A stretch of DNA of 64,000 bases from an uncultured Prevotella sp. (GTDB taxonomy: Bacteria > Bacteroidota > Bacteroidia > Bacteroidales > Bacteroidaceae), in the NCBI GenBank assembly GCA_905236165.1, contig CAJOOC010000111.1, forward strand, positions 2,924 to 66,923, in the 5' to 3' direction. Made by a program: the position numbers and the translations under genes. Below are positions 48,469 through 57,687 of the stretch, in pieces (positions within the stretch are counted from its first letter, which is position 1; each line of letters begins with the position of its first letter). The notes beneath the pieces are model-generated. The model had not been told where the DNA came from and did no database searches. It saw only the letters and a list, made by a program, of their open reading frames with translations.

Positions 48469-49503
48469 TTAATGTCTGCCCATGCCGCCGGAGTGTGAGC
48501 CTCCTGACATACCGCCTGAGCTACGGGTGCCTCCACTGAAGCTACCGCCAGAGCTGCGGGTGCTGCCTCCGAAACTGCTGCCTGAACTGCGAGAACCACT
48601 GAAATTACTGCTTCTTGAACCCATGCTGCCAGAGCTGCGGCTGCCCATATTCATGTTGTTGCCTCTTGAACCCATGCTGCCAGAGCTGCGGCTGCCCATA
48701 TTCATGTTGCTGCCTACGGTGGTGCGGGTACTGCTGCGATAGTCGCCGCGAGAGGAACCCATATTGCTGCGTGATGTGCCCATATTGCCGCGTGTGTAGC
48801 TCTGTGTCTCGTTGCGGGTGATGTTGCGGTATTCGTTGCGGGAGCCGCTCATGCGGTCGCGGTTGATGTTTGAACCGCGGCGCATTCCTGCTGAGCTGCG
48901 CGAACCCTTATTGTAATTACCATCGTAGCTGTGGTTGCTGCCGTTGTGGGAGGCATGTCCCATGCGCCTGTCGTAGTTGTCGCGCATGCCGTGATGGGTG
49001 CCGCTGCCGCGATAGTGATGTGTGCGGTCAACATACCAGGAGCGGCCACCGTTCATCCTCCATCCATGATTTCCGCGATATGACACGTAAACGGTGGGAC
49101 GGCTGAAGTAGAACACGTCGCGATGGGGGTAGTAGGAATAGATGCCGAAGTGCCAGTAGCCTGCGTCCCAATAGAGTGGGCGATAGAAGTAGTTTCTTGC
49201 GCAATAAGCTGCATACTGCCAGTCGTAGAGGATATATTCCATGTCGATGTTGCGACGGGTCCAGTATACGGAGTACACATCATCAACGGTGGTGACGCTC
49301 ATGAGATAGTCGAGGTTTATCTCGTAGGCTGCATCGTACTGCTCGGCGTTGAGGTTCAGCTCATAGGCCATCTTGTCGGTAAGGAAGAGGGCCTGTTCGC
49401 GAGCCTGCTCATAGGTCATCGCCGATGTTGCGGTGAATGACATTACTGTGCAGAGAAATGCAACTAAGCGTGTCATGAGGGATGTCCTAAGATTCTTTTT
49501 CAT
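48469..49503 (-). CDS. Secreted hypothetical protein, Tyr/Trp-rich domain plus G/S/R low-complexity tail
   Basis: Signal peptide, ALFLTDKMAYELNL...YEINLDY, duplicated NMNMGSRSSGSMGSR. Confidence 0.8.
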   Translation of the reverse strand: MKKNLRTSLMTRLVAFLCTVMSFTATSAMTYEQAREQALFLTDKMAYELNLNAEQYDAAYEINLDYLMSVTTVDDVYSVYWTRRNIDMEYILYDWQYAAYCARNYFYRPLYWDAGYWHFGIYSYYPHRDVFYFSRPTVYVSYRGNHGWRMNGGRSWYVDRTHHYRGSGTHHGMRDNYDRRMGHASHNGSNHSYDGNYNKGSRSSAGMRRGSNINRDRMSGSRNEYRNITRNETQSYTRGNMGTSRSNMGSSRGDYRSSTRTTVGSNMNMGSRSSGSMGSRGNNMNMGSRSSGSMGSRSSNFSGSRSSGSSFGGSTRSSGGSFSGGTRSSGGMSGGSHSGGMGRH

Positions 49504-49560
49504 AATTGTATCGCTTTGTTGGTTTGACGTTTCTTGTTCGCTATATCTTTATTTCTGGTG

Positions 49561-49568
49561 CAAAGATA
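49561..49568 (-). promoter_or_regulatory. -7 box
   Basis: TATCTTTG on the minus strand upstream of 49503. Confidence 0.6.
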
Positions 49569-49623
49569 CTCACAATTATGAATATATGAAAGGGGATTTT
49601 CCCTAAATGGAGAAGGAAAATCC

Positions 49624-51807
49624 CTATCTGAGGCAGCTGCCTATCTGTTTGGCTATCATGGAGCGTTGTTTCTGCGTCTCCTGCATTTCGGCGATGAGTT
49701 TGAGCTGCCTTTCAGGTTCATCGGCAGCATCGGCTATTTCCTGCCTGAGCTGCCTGAGGCGTTGCTGCAGGAATTCATTGCGGAAGTCGAGCAGAAGGTG
49801 GTTAGCCTTATCGAGGAGCAAGAACGGACTGGGCACGTCTTTCTTCCGTATTTCTTCTTCTTCATTCTCATCAGCGTCTTCGTCTTTAGTGTCAGGATGT
49901 TCGCTGGTCTTACCATAGCCTCTCAGCACCTCGTCAGCAGTCAGTCGAATGGCAAGCGACGATATCTCATAGTCGGGATGCAGCGTGAAATGCTCCTGGC
50001 TGCTCACATTCTCGTCCCAGTTGTGGGCTACGGCCTCTTCCAGTATCTGGTTGTAAAGCGGAATACTGAAAGCAAGGTTGTCCAGGGAAAGATTATATCT
50101 GATGTATTCTGCAACTGTTAGTGATGTAGTCTGACCATCCTCTGTCTCAACGTTCTCAAGGCATATATCGTCGGCATTGGTGAAGAGGAACTTCATGATG
50201 AGGTCAGAGACGGAGAGGTTGACCCTGCTGGCCGCTGGCCGTCTGTGTTGTTGCGGGTTCTGGACAAAGTGGGGGAGAGGAGTCGTTGCTACCGAAACCT
50301 GCGTATTCGTTGCTGCTGAAGTCTGAGTGTTTGTGACAGTTGGTTGCTGTGTCGCAGGCTGTTGTGGCGTGTCAGCATTCCGCTGACTCAGTTCGGTTTC
50401 GGCTCTTGCAAAGTCGTTGTTCTGCAAGGTCTGCTGACGCTGCTCCTCCTTGCGCTTCTCGTCGCGATAGTTCTTGATGAACTCATTCATCTTGGCCGTG
50501 AGAACCTGCTCGCTATACCCAAGGCGTGAGGCGCAGTCTTGTATGTAGGAGGCGCGGATGATGGGGTCGCCGATGACGCTAACGCTCTCTATGATGCTCG
50601 ATACGGCATTGGAACGCTCATGAGGGTCGGTGACGCCGTTAAGCAATACCGATGTCTTGAATGATATGAAGTCGGCCTGATGATCCTTGATATACTCCCT
50701 GAACTGCTCTGCGGTATGCTTCCTTGCATACTCGTCGGGGTCCATACCGTCGGGTAGCAGCATCACCTTTACGTTCATGCCCTCCTTCAGCAGCATGTCG
50801 GTGCCGCGCAGAGCTGCCTTGATGCCGGCAGCATCGCCGTCATAGAGCAACACGATGTTGCTTGTGAAGCGGTGCAGAAGGTGTATCTGGTGTTCGGAAA
50901 GGGCTGTGCCAGAGTTGGCTACAACGTTTTCTATGCCGCATTGGTGCATGGAGATGACGTCGGTATATCCCTCTACCATATATACGAGGTTCTCCTTCGT
51001 GATGGCCTTCTTTGCCTGGAAGATGCCGTAGAGCTCGTGGTCTTTATGATAGATGTCAGAGTCGGGGGAGTTGACGTATTTCTGGTTCACACCCTTCGTG
51101 CGCGAGTCGAGCACACGGCCTCCGAAGGCTACGGTCTTGCCGCTGACGTTGAGCCAAGGGAAGATGACGCGTCCTGAGAAGCGGTCTATGAGATTGTTGC
51201 CGTCCCGCTGCGTCGAGCCCTCGTCCTGCTTGCTCTCCTTGGCATAGCAGAGGCCCGTCTTGAGGAGGTATTCGGCTTTGAAGCCTTTCTTCTGAGCCGC
51301 CTTGTTCATGGCGTTCTTCTCGCTCAGGCAGAAACCCAGGCGGAATTTCCTAATGATGTCCTCACGGATGCCTCGCTGGCGGAAGTACTGCAGACCGATG
51401 GCACGCCCGTCTACATCGTTGAAGAGAATGTCCTGGAAATATTCGGCAGCCCAGTCGTTGACGATATACATCGACTCGCGGTCTGACTGCTCCTGCTTCT
51501 GCTCCTCGGTAAGCTCGCGCTCCTGTATCTCGATGTTGTATCTTCGGGCAAGCCAGCGAAGGGCATCGGGATAGGTGAGCTGCTCCATCTTCATGATGAA
51601 CCCAACGCTGTCTCCTCCCTCGCCGCATACGAAGCAATGGCAGGTGCGCCTTGCCGGCGAGACATAGAAGGATGGGGAGTGGTCATCGTGGAATGGGCAC
51701 AGACCGCGGTAGTTCGCACCTACTTTCTTAAGAGATACGAATTCAGATACTACATCGACAATGTCGGCAGCATCCTTGATGCGTTCTACGGTTGGCCTGT
51801 CAATCAT
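49624..51807 (-). CDS. dnaG: DNA primase
   Basis: CPFH...SPSF...CFVCG zinc finger, FGGR, KYVNSP, VEGYTDV, YDGDAAG, DPDE. Confidence 0.96.
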   Translation of the reverse strand: MIDRPTVERIKDAADIVDVVSEFVSLKKVGANYRGLCPFHDDHSPSFYVSPARRTCHCFVCGEGGDSVGFIMKMEQLTYPDALRWLARRYNIEIQERELTEEQKQEQSDRESMYIVNDWAAEYFQDILFNDVDGRAIGLQYFRQRGIREDIIRKFRLGFCLSEKNAMNKAAQKKGFKAEYLLKTGLCYAKESKQDEGSTQRDGNNLIDRFSGRVIFPWLNVSGKTVAFGGRVLDSRTKGVNQKYVNSPDSDIYHKDHELYGIFQAKKAITKENLVYMVEGYTDVISMHQCGIENVVANSGTALSEHQIHLLHRFTSNIVLLYDGDAAGIKAALRGTDMLLKEGMNVKVMLLPDGMDPDEYARKHTAEQFREYIKDHQADFISFKTSVLLNGVTDPHERSNAVSSIIESVSVIGDPIIRASYIQDCASRLGYSEQVLTAKMNEFIKNYRDEKRKEEQRQQTLQNNDFARAETELSQRNADTPQQPATQQPTVTNTQTSAATNTQVSVATTPLPHFVQNPQQHRRPAASRVNLSVSDLIMKFLFTNADDICLENVETEDGQTTSLTVAEYIRYNLSLDNLAFSIPLYNQILEEAVAHNWDENVSSQEHFTLHPDYEISSLAIRLTADEVLRGYGKTSEHPDTKDEDADENEEEEIRKKDVPSPFLLLDKANHLLLDFRNEFLQQRLRQLRQEIADAADEPERQLKLIAEMQETQKQRSMIAKQIGSCLR

Positions 51808-51823
51808 CGTGAGGGCGCAGCGA

Positions 51824-52384
51824 TTATCTTTGGCGCTTGTATACGAAGATACCCTTGCTGTTCTCCAACGCGAGGCTATCGGCCCCAAGGCTCAGTACGT
51901 CGAATGTGTCGGTGTTCAGGATAATCTGAGCGTTCGACATCTGCCACTGGGTGTAGGGATTGGTCTCGGCGGTGGCATTGCTCTCCACTACTCCGTTCTC
52001 CATTATCTGGAAGTTGCGGGCCAGCGAGGTCCACTTGCCAAGGAGAGTGTTGAGGTTCACAAGTTTCTTTACCGACATGTTCTCCTCACCCTTTACGGCG
52101 GTCAGCGTCACCTTATCGCCGGCAAAGAGCCCCCCCTGGATGTCGCTCTCTATTGAGTCGAGGTTCATGGAGAACGACTTCGTCTTGCCGTCCTCAAGGA
52201 TGATGGTGAGCATGTGCATTGTTGTTGACTCGTCGATGATGCCATAGACGGCTGTGTCGGGCACCGTAACGACCGCTACGGAGTCGCTGTCGTTGCCATC
52301 ACCCTGCTGGGTGCTGTTTCCCGTGCATGCCGCAAAAAACAGTGCCAGCACACCAAAGAGGCTTAGGTTTAGTAGATGTTTCAT
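51824..52384 (-). CDS. Lipoprotein (lipocalin-like C-terminus)
   Basis: Lipobox FAAC, LLGKW, beta-rich. Confidence 0.65.
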   Translation of the reverse strand: MKHLLNLSLFGVLALFFAACTGNSTQQGDGNDSDSVAVVTVPDTAVYGIIDESTTMHMLTIILEDGKTKSFSMNLDSIESDIQGGLFAGDKVTLTAVKGEENMSVKKLVNLNTLLGKWTSLARNFQIMENGVVESNATAETNPYTQWQMSNAQIILNTDTFDVLSLGADSLALENSKGIFVYKRQR

Positions 52385-52410
52385 TGTTTTATAATATAAG
52401 GTGGTTTGCC

Positions 52411-52450
52411 AATTCGTTAATTTGTTAATTTGTTAATTCGTTAATTCGTT
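52411..52450 (-). repeat. 8-bp array (AACRAATT x5 on minus) containing the mazG stop
   Basis: plus strand aattcgtt aatttgtt aatttgtt aattcgtt aattcgtt. Confidence 0.92.
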
Positions 52451-53219
52451 TCGCTTCTTCCCACAGCCCGTCCATCTCTGCCAGCGTGAGGCCCTTGATG
52501 TCGCGGCCTTGTTCTTTGGCCTTCTGCTCCACGTAACCGAAGCGCTGAATGAACTTACGGTTCGTCTGCTCAAGTGCAGTATCGGGGTTGATGTGATAGA
52601 GGCGAGCAGCGTTGACGATGGAGAAGAGCACATCGCCCAGCTCCTTCTCGGAGTTTTCCTTGTCGCCTTTCTCCAGCTCCGCCTTCAGCTCGGCCACTTC
52701 CTCAAACACCTTATCCCAGACGTCCTCGCGCTTGTCCCAGTCGAAGCCCACGTTACGGGCCTTGTCCTGTATGCGGTATGCCTTGATGAGTGAGGGCAGC
52801 GACTGCGGCACGCCGCTCAGCACGGTCTTGTTGCCGTCTTTCTCGCTTTGCTTCACCTGCTCCCACAGCTTGCTGACCTCCTCGGGGTTGTCGGCCTTCT
52901 GAGTGCCGTAGATATGGGGGTGACGGAAGATGAGTTTCTCAGACTCCTTCTGTAGAACGTCGCCCATGTCGAACAGTCCCTTCTCGCGGCCTATCATCGC
53001 ATAGAACACGAGGTGCTCCATCACGTCACCCATCTCCTTCTGTATCTCCTTAGGGTCGTCGCTCATGATGGCGTCGCAGAGTTCGTACACTTCTTCTATG
53101 GTGTGAGGCCGAAGGCTCTCGTTGGTCTGCTTATGGTCCCAGGGACATTTCTCCCTAAGCTCGTCCTGTATGTCCAGAAGGCGGGAGAAGGCCTCCAGTA
53201 TTTCTTCTTTTGTATGCAA
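52425..53219 (-). CDS. mazG: Nucleoside triphosphate pyrophosphohydrolase
   Basis: CPWD.KQT..SL, EEVYEL, EMGD, KLIFRHPH, GFDW, ELGD, KF..RF; TTG start. Confidence 0.95.
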   Translation of the reverse strand: MHTKEEILEAFSRLLDIQDELREKCPWDHKQTNESLRPHTIEEVYELCDAIMSDDPKEIQKEMGDVMEHLVFYAMIGREKGLFDMGDVLQKESEKLIFRHPHIYGTQKADNPEEVSKLWEQVKQSEKDGNKTVLSGVPQSLPSLIKAYRIQDKARNVGFDWDKREDVWDKVFEEVAELKAELEKGDKENSEKELGDVLFSIVNAARLYHINPDTALEQTNRKFIQRFGYVEQKAKEQGRDIKGLTLAEMDGLWEEAKRINELTN

Positions 53220-53243
53220 TGTATGCGTGTTGTTAGATGAAAA

Positions 53244-53279
53244 AGGTCTATCAAGGGATAGGCTTATCCTGATAGACCT
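53244..53279 (-). terminator. Hairpin/terminator after the DUF4293 gene
   Basis: AGGTCTATCA-AGGGATA...TATCC-TGATAGACCT with T-run on the minus strand. Confidence 0.6.
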
Positions 53280-53301
53280 CTCTGTCGTTTTCTATTCGGG
53301 T

Positions 53302-53685
53302 TTATCTTATTCTGTCCATCGAGCGTATAAGGTTCTCATCGTGCCTTATGCCCGCCTTGGCCATGAAGAGGCATACTATAGCCACTATGGGTATCAAGGC
53401 AAAGAACGGTGTCTGGGCGGGCTGCTTGCCATCCACGTAGAAGAAATTGTAGCAGAACAGTCCTATCCAGCAGAGCAGGAACAGGATGCTCACGTTGCAC
53501 ATTATCTGCTGCCTCTTGCGGTTCTTGTACAACATTATTGCTGCTGCCGCGAAGCATGCCACGCAGATGCAGATGTAGTTGAGAACGTCTATGCCGCTTA
53601 CTGTAACGTTGGTGTTAAGCAGTATGGTGCTCACCATAAGGAGTAGTACCAGGATGAGGTAGATGGTCTGTTTTCTCTGCCACAT
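53302..53685 (-). CDS. DUF4293 family membrane protein
   Basis: QRKQTIYL, YKNRKRQ, I..DE.LIRS.DRIR. Confidence 0.85.
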   Translation of the reverse strand: MWQRKQTIYLILVLLLMVSTILLNTNVTVSGIDVLNYICICVACFAAAAIMLYKNRKRQQIMCNVSILFLLCWIGLFCYNFFYVDGKQPAQTPFFALIPIVAIVCLFMAKAGIRHDENLIRSMDRIR

Positions 53686-53696
53686 ATCTTTACGGT

Positions 53697-54044
53697 TTAG
53701 AAGTCATCATCGTCATCAAACTGCCTGTCGTTGGCAGGATCGTGCCAATACACATCGTGGTTCAGGAACTCCTCCGTAGCTATGAGCGTAGGCTTTGGCA
53801 GCTTCTCATAGTAGCGGCTGATTTCAATCTGCTCACGGTTCTCAAACACCTCATCGAGGTTGTCGTTATAGTTGGCAAACTCTTGAAGCTTCTTGTTCAA
53901 CTCCTGCTTAATCTCGTAAGAAATCTGGTTAGCACGACGACCGATGATGGCAACGCTCTCATAGATGTTGTCAGTACTCTCACAGAGATCCATGATGTTT
54001 CGAGTTACGGTGTTTACCGGAGCTTTTGTCTTTTTGTAATCCAT
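53697..54044 (-). CDS. rpoZ: RNA polymerase omega subunit (Bacteroidota type)
   Basis: MDYKKTKAP, NIYESVAII.RRANQI, EVFENREQIEISRYYEKLPKP; follows bamD. Confidence 0.9.
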   Translation of the reverse strand: MDYKKTKAPVNTVTRNIMDLCESTDNIYESVAIIGRRANQISYEIKQELNKKLQEFANYNDNLDEVFENREQIEISRYYEKLPKPTLIATEEFLNHDVYWHDPANDRQFDDDDDF

Positions 54045-54054
54045 TGTAATTATT

Positions 54055-54095
54055 TTAATTCAATTTTCAATTTTCAATTTTCAATCTTCAATTCT
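54055..54095 (-). repeat. 7-bp array (ATTGAAR on minus) containing the bamD stop
   Basis: plus strand ttcaatt ttcaatt ttcaatt ttcaatc ttcaatt. Confidence 0.9.
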
Positions 54096-54936
54096 TCTCA
54101 TCCACCTCTCCTGTCTGGGTGTATCGCTTACATTTTTCAATGTATTTCTCAGCCAGCTCTTTGTCCTCAGAGTCAGGATACTCGTTGAGAAAGCCATAGC
54201 ACTCATCCTCGGCGTTCTGGAAGCGCTCGGTCTGCTTCTCCTTCACGCTGTGCACGGCCAAGGAATATTTGCTCTTCATGATTAGCGAGGCAAATTTCTC
54301 GCGCAGGCTGGTGAAGGGATAATCCTTCAAGGCGTTCTGTGCTGTGATGATGCAGGCCTCGTAGTTGTTGCCGCCACCGGTACAGTTGCCGAAGTATGTG
54401 CCGAGGTTATAGTAGAGCTGGGCGTTGTAGAACTCTTTCAGCACCAGCTTGTCCTGCAGCTCAAAGAGCTTCTGCTCCGCCTGGGTCTTGTTCTTGCTTG
54501 CGGGGAAGAGATCCATAAACTCCTGGTAGGCCTTCATGGCTGCGTATGTGGGAGTCTGATCCAGACGGGGCTCCGGGGTGGTTTTGAAGAGACTCTCGCC
54601 TACGAAGAAACTGCACACCTCGGCATAGCGGCCCTTGGGATAGGAGGATGCATATTTGCGGAAGATCTCGCTGGCCGACTCATAGTCCTTGGAGTTGTAG
54701 GTGGACATGCCATACATGTAGAGACATTCCTCTCCAATGTCGGTGCCCTTGGTGATGGTCACAAGGTCGCCGAACAGCAGTGAAGCACGGGAGTAGCGAC
54801 CCTTGGCATACTGCTCCTTGGCGTATTCGTATTTATAGTTGGCATCATCACTCTTGTATACTGCATTAAACTCCTTGGCACAGCTGCTGAGGAGGACAAT
54901 CGCTGATACAATAGCAAAGAAAAGGCTCTTCTTCAT
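54088..54936 (-). CDS. bamD: Outer membrane protein assembly factor BamD
   Basis: Lipobox LSSC, TPR repeats, PRLDQT.T, A.LYYNLG, NALKDYP. Confidence 0.9.
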   Translation of the reverse strand: MKKSLFFAIVSAIVLLSSCAKEFNAVYKSDDANYKYEYAKEQYAKGRYSRASLLFGDLVTITKGTDIGEECLYMYGMSTYNSKDYESASEIFRKYASSYPKGRYAEVCSFFVGESLFKTTPEPRLDQTPTYAAMKAYQEFMDLFPASKNKTQAEQKLFELQDKLVLKEFYNAQLYYNLGTYFGNCTGGGNNYEACIITAQNALKDYPFTSLREKFASLIMKSKYSLAVHSVKEKQTERFQNAEDECYGFLNEYPDSEDKELAEKYIEKCKRYTQTGEVDEKN

Positions 54937-54959
54937 CTTTCGAAAAACAAATTTGGCTG

Positions 54960-54967
54960 CAAAGTTA
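54960..54967 (-). promoter_or_regulatory. -7 box for the bamD-rpoZ operon
   Basis: TAACTTTG on minus with TTTG at 54988-54991. Confidence 0.75.
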
Positions 54968-55069
54968 CTCATTTTTATTGGAATAAGCAAACTTGTGGCA
55001 TCTTTTTTTGAAATATTTAATAATAAGGTGTAATTTCCTTATCAATTTTCTCATACCTCTTGGCATCTT

Positions 55070-56425
55070 CTACCACTTAGCTGTGAAGAGGCTTGGCGAG
55101 ATGACGAGTGAGAACCATCCCCAATGGGCATTCTTCGAGCCTTCGCCCTTCTTGAGGCGGTCCATGGTTTCCGTGCCTATCATGTATGTGTAGCCCGCCG
55201 TGAGCGATATGTCTTTCGAGAAGGTGTAGCTTCCCTGCAGATCTATGGCATGTCCCAGCGTCTTGTCCAGTCCGTCAAGCTTCGTGGCAGTGGCCATATA
55301 GTGGTATATGGCGCGGCATTTCAATTTCACCGTAGGCATGACATATCCCCCGAGGAATGCATTCTGAAGTCCAGGCGTGAAGTCGTTGATGTAGGCATCC
55401 TTATAGAAGTAGTCCATGATGCCGTAGAACTTCGTTCTCGATCCGTACAGTGGATTGAAGCCCTTGTTCACTTCGTGCCTCACCATTCCAAACATGCCGC
55501 CATAGGTGACGGGTACATAGTCGTCACCACTGAGGAAGTCGTACCCCGTCTCAATGCCATAGAGGTCGCAGGGTCTCACGGTAGCCTTCACGCTGAGCAT
55601 CCATGCGTCTATCTTCCCAGGATGCGTTGACTGTATTATCTCCTTGCCTCTCTGCCTGTAGTATGAGCCCTCAACGGTAAACGGCCTGGGATTGTATTTC
55701 ACGTAGCAGCCGTACATCTGCTGATAGACTGTCCGGGCAGGATTTTCCATATAGACATTGTATGCCGTCCCGCTTTTCGGACCTACAGGTTCTTCACCGG
55801 CCTGCAGTCCCACATTAATGAAAAGCAGGGAGACGCCGAGCGGTATCTTGTTAAAGTCATAGTGATACCAGACGGTCTGCATGTTCTTATAGCTCTGCCC
55901 ACCATCGACATAGTAGTCGTTGACGTAGAGGTTGGACGCATTCTGATTGAATGCCAGAATGGCATGTGCCTTGTGTCCCTTGCCCTCATATCCTGCACGC
56001 AGGATGTCGTGCGACCTTGAGGCCATAGCGAAGTCGTTAGGTCCAATGATGCGCTCATCATCGTAGGAAAGAGCCACGCGTCCCAGCTGTACGAAGAGTC
56101 CCTGTTTGGACGTCATCTTGGCCCATCCCTCATAGAGGTTGAGTGTGGTGTTGCCCTTCGACCCCCACACGGCGCTGTTCTGGATGACGGCCTTGGCCTC
56201 GAGTCCCTTGCGCTCGTAGCCTACGGAAAGGCGCAGGCGTCCGAGGAGGAAGTTGTAGTTGTCGTCAACCACTTTGTCTTTCGCCCTGGGCAGTCCTCCT
56301 CCGCAAGTCTCACCATGAGTGAGGAGGTTCATTCCGATGTTGATCTTGTTCTGCAGGGAATCGTTCTGGGCCCATCCGCATAACGAGACCAGAAGAAACA
56401 CCATCAGGCAATAATGTCGCTTCAT
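55070..56425 (-). CDS. Outer-membrane beta-barrel (alginate export family-like)
   Basis: Signal peptide, LYEGW, GR..LSYDDERIIG..D, YDFLSG, FNPLYG...KFYG.MDYF. Confidence 0.75.
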   Translation of the reverse strand: MKRHYCLMVFLLVSLCGWAQNDSLQNKINIGMNLLTHGETCGGGLPRAKDKVVDDNYNFLLGRLRLSVGYERKGLEAKAVIQNSAVWGSKGNTTLNLYEGWAKMTSKQGLFVQLGRVALSYDDERIIGPNDFAMASRSHDILRAGYEGKGHKAHAILAFNQNASNLYVNDYYVDGGQSYKNMQTVWYHYDFNKIPLGVSLLFINVGLQAGEEPVGPKSGTAYNVYMENPARTVYQQMYGCYVKYNPRPFTVEGSYYRQRGKEIIQSTHPGKIDAWMLSVKATVRPCDLYGIETGYDFLSGDDYVPVTYGGMFGMVRHEVNKGFNPLYGSRTKFYGIMDYFYKDAYINDFTPGLQNAFLGGYVMPTVKLKCRAIYHYMATATKLDGLDKTLGHAIDLQGSYTFSKDISLTAGYTYMIGTETMDRLKKGEGSKNAHWGWFSLVISPSLFTAKW

Positions 56426-56623
56426 ATCTATAAATACGTTTTTTTTACTACCACGAATTTTACGAATTCGCCCCGCATGGTAGTTCACGATACGAATAGA
56501 TTTGTGATTCTGTCTTCGACATACTTGATAAAGTGTAATTCTTCACACATTGTTTATTTTCAGCGTAGTTCAGGCGAGCATAGCTCGGAACGTGGTCTTT
56601 AAATTAAATTAAATTAAGGAGTA

Positions 56624-56926
56624 TTACTCGAAGTCGAAGATGTTGATGAATCCAGTGAGTTTGAATACTGTCTTGATGTCGTCGTTCACGTTGCGCATCA
56701 CCACGCGGCTGCCTGTTGCCATAGCGCCCTTGAGGATGCTGAGCAGTATGCGAAGGCCGCTGGAGGCGATGTATTCCAGGTCTTTGCATTCGATTATGAC
56801 GTCCTTGCCGTCGCTGTGGTAAAGGGGTTTGAGCACTTCCTCGGCCTCTGTGGCGGCTGTGGTGTCCATTTCTCCTACTAAGGTGGCTATGTATTTGCCA
56901 TCGATTTCTTCAATTTTTGTGTTCAT
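56624..56926 (-). CDS. STAS-domain anti-sigma factor antagonist
   Basis: GEMDT, LEYIASSGLR.LL, VFKLTGF. Confidence 0.92.
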   Translation of the reverse strand: MNTKIEEIDGKYIATLVGEMDTTAATEAEEVLKPLYHSDGKDVIIECKDLEYIASSGLRILLSILKGAMATGSRVVMRNVNDDIKTVFKLTGFINIFDFE

Positions 56927-56986
56927 AAGTGTTATTTAGGTTGGTTTTTTACTGTTTTGGAATTATGTTTTTTAGTTTATTCGATG

Positions 56987-56994
56987 CAAATGTA
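56987..56994 (-). promoter_or_regulatory. -7 box for the STAS gene
   Basis: TACATTTG on minus; TTTG about 20 nt upstream. Confidence 0.65.
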
Positions 56995-57080
56995 GTAAAT
57001 TATTCTCAATGCCGCAAATTTTATTTGCACTAATACTGCAGAAAATGTGTTTTTGCTGCCGTTAATTGGTGGAAAATGTG

Positions 57081-57088
57081 TAATTTTG
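57081..57088 (+). promoter_or_regulatory. -7 box for queH
   Basis: TAATTTTG. Confidence 0.6.
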
Positions 57089-57123
57089 CACTTAAATCTC
57101 ACTAAATAAGACTTATATTTGTA

Positions 57124-57687
57124 ATGAACGACGTTCTGCTGCACAGTTGTTGCGCCCCATGTTCTGCTGCTATCATTGAGTGGATGTTGAATAACGATGT
57201 GAGGCCAGTCATTTTCTATTGCAACCCCAATATCTACCCGAAGGAGGAGTATCTCATCCGTAAGAATGAGATTACGCGCTACGCCACGGGCCTGGGGTTG
57301 GAGATTATTGACGACGACTACAACCATGAGTCGTGGCTTCGTTATGTGTGTTCCGGCGTTGCCTCGCAGGGTGAGGATGCGTCGTTGCAGCCCGAACGCG
57401 GACTGCGTTGCATGGAGTGTTTCAAATGGCGTCTGCTGCGTAGCGCTCAGAAATGCCGCGAGCTGGGTCTGTCGGTCTTCACAACCACGCTTGCCTCCAG
57501 CCGCTGGAAGTCGCTAACGCAGATTACTGCTGCGGGCGAATGGGCTGCGAGCCAGGTGGAGGGTGTCACGTTTGATGCCCGCAACTGGCGCAAGGGCGGC
57601 CTGCAGGAGCGCCGCAATGAGTTGCTGAAGGAGAACGGCTTCTATAACCAGCTTTACTGCGGATGTGAGTTCAGCCATTCCTCATAG
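57124..57687 (+). CDS. queH: Epoxyqueuosine reductase QueH
   Basis: LLHSCCAPCS, NPNIYP..EY, PERG.RC..C, TTL..SRWK, Y.Q.YCGC.FS. Confidence 0.93.
   Translation: MNDVLLHSCCAPCSAAIIEWMLNNDVRPVIFYCNPNIYPKEEYLIRKNEITRYATGLGLEIIDDDYNHESWLRYVCSGVASQGEDASLQPERGLRCMECFKWRLLRSAQKCRELGLSVFTTTLASSRWKSLTQITAAGEWAASQVEGVTFDARNWRKGGLQERRNELLKENGFYNQLYCGCEFSHSS

Noticed and set aside
52425-53219. mazG as part of a toxin-antitoxin or defence locus
   Set aside because: Housekeeping two-domain MazG in a bamD-rpoZ-dnaG context; no mazEF
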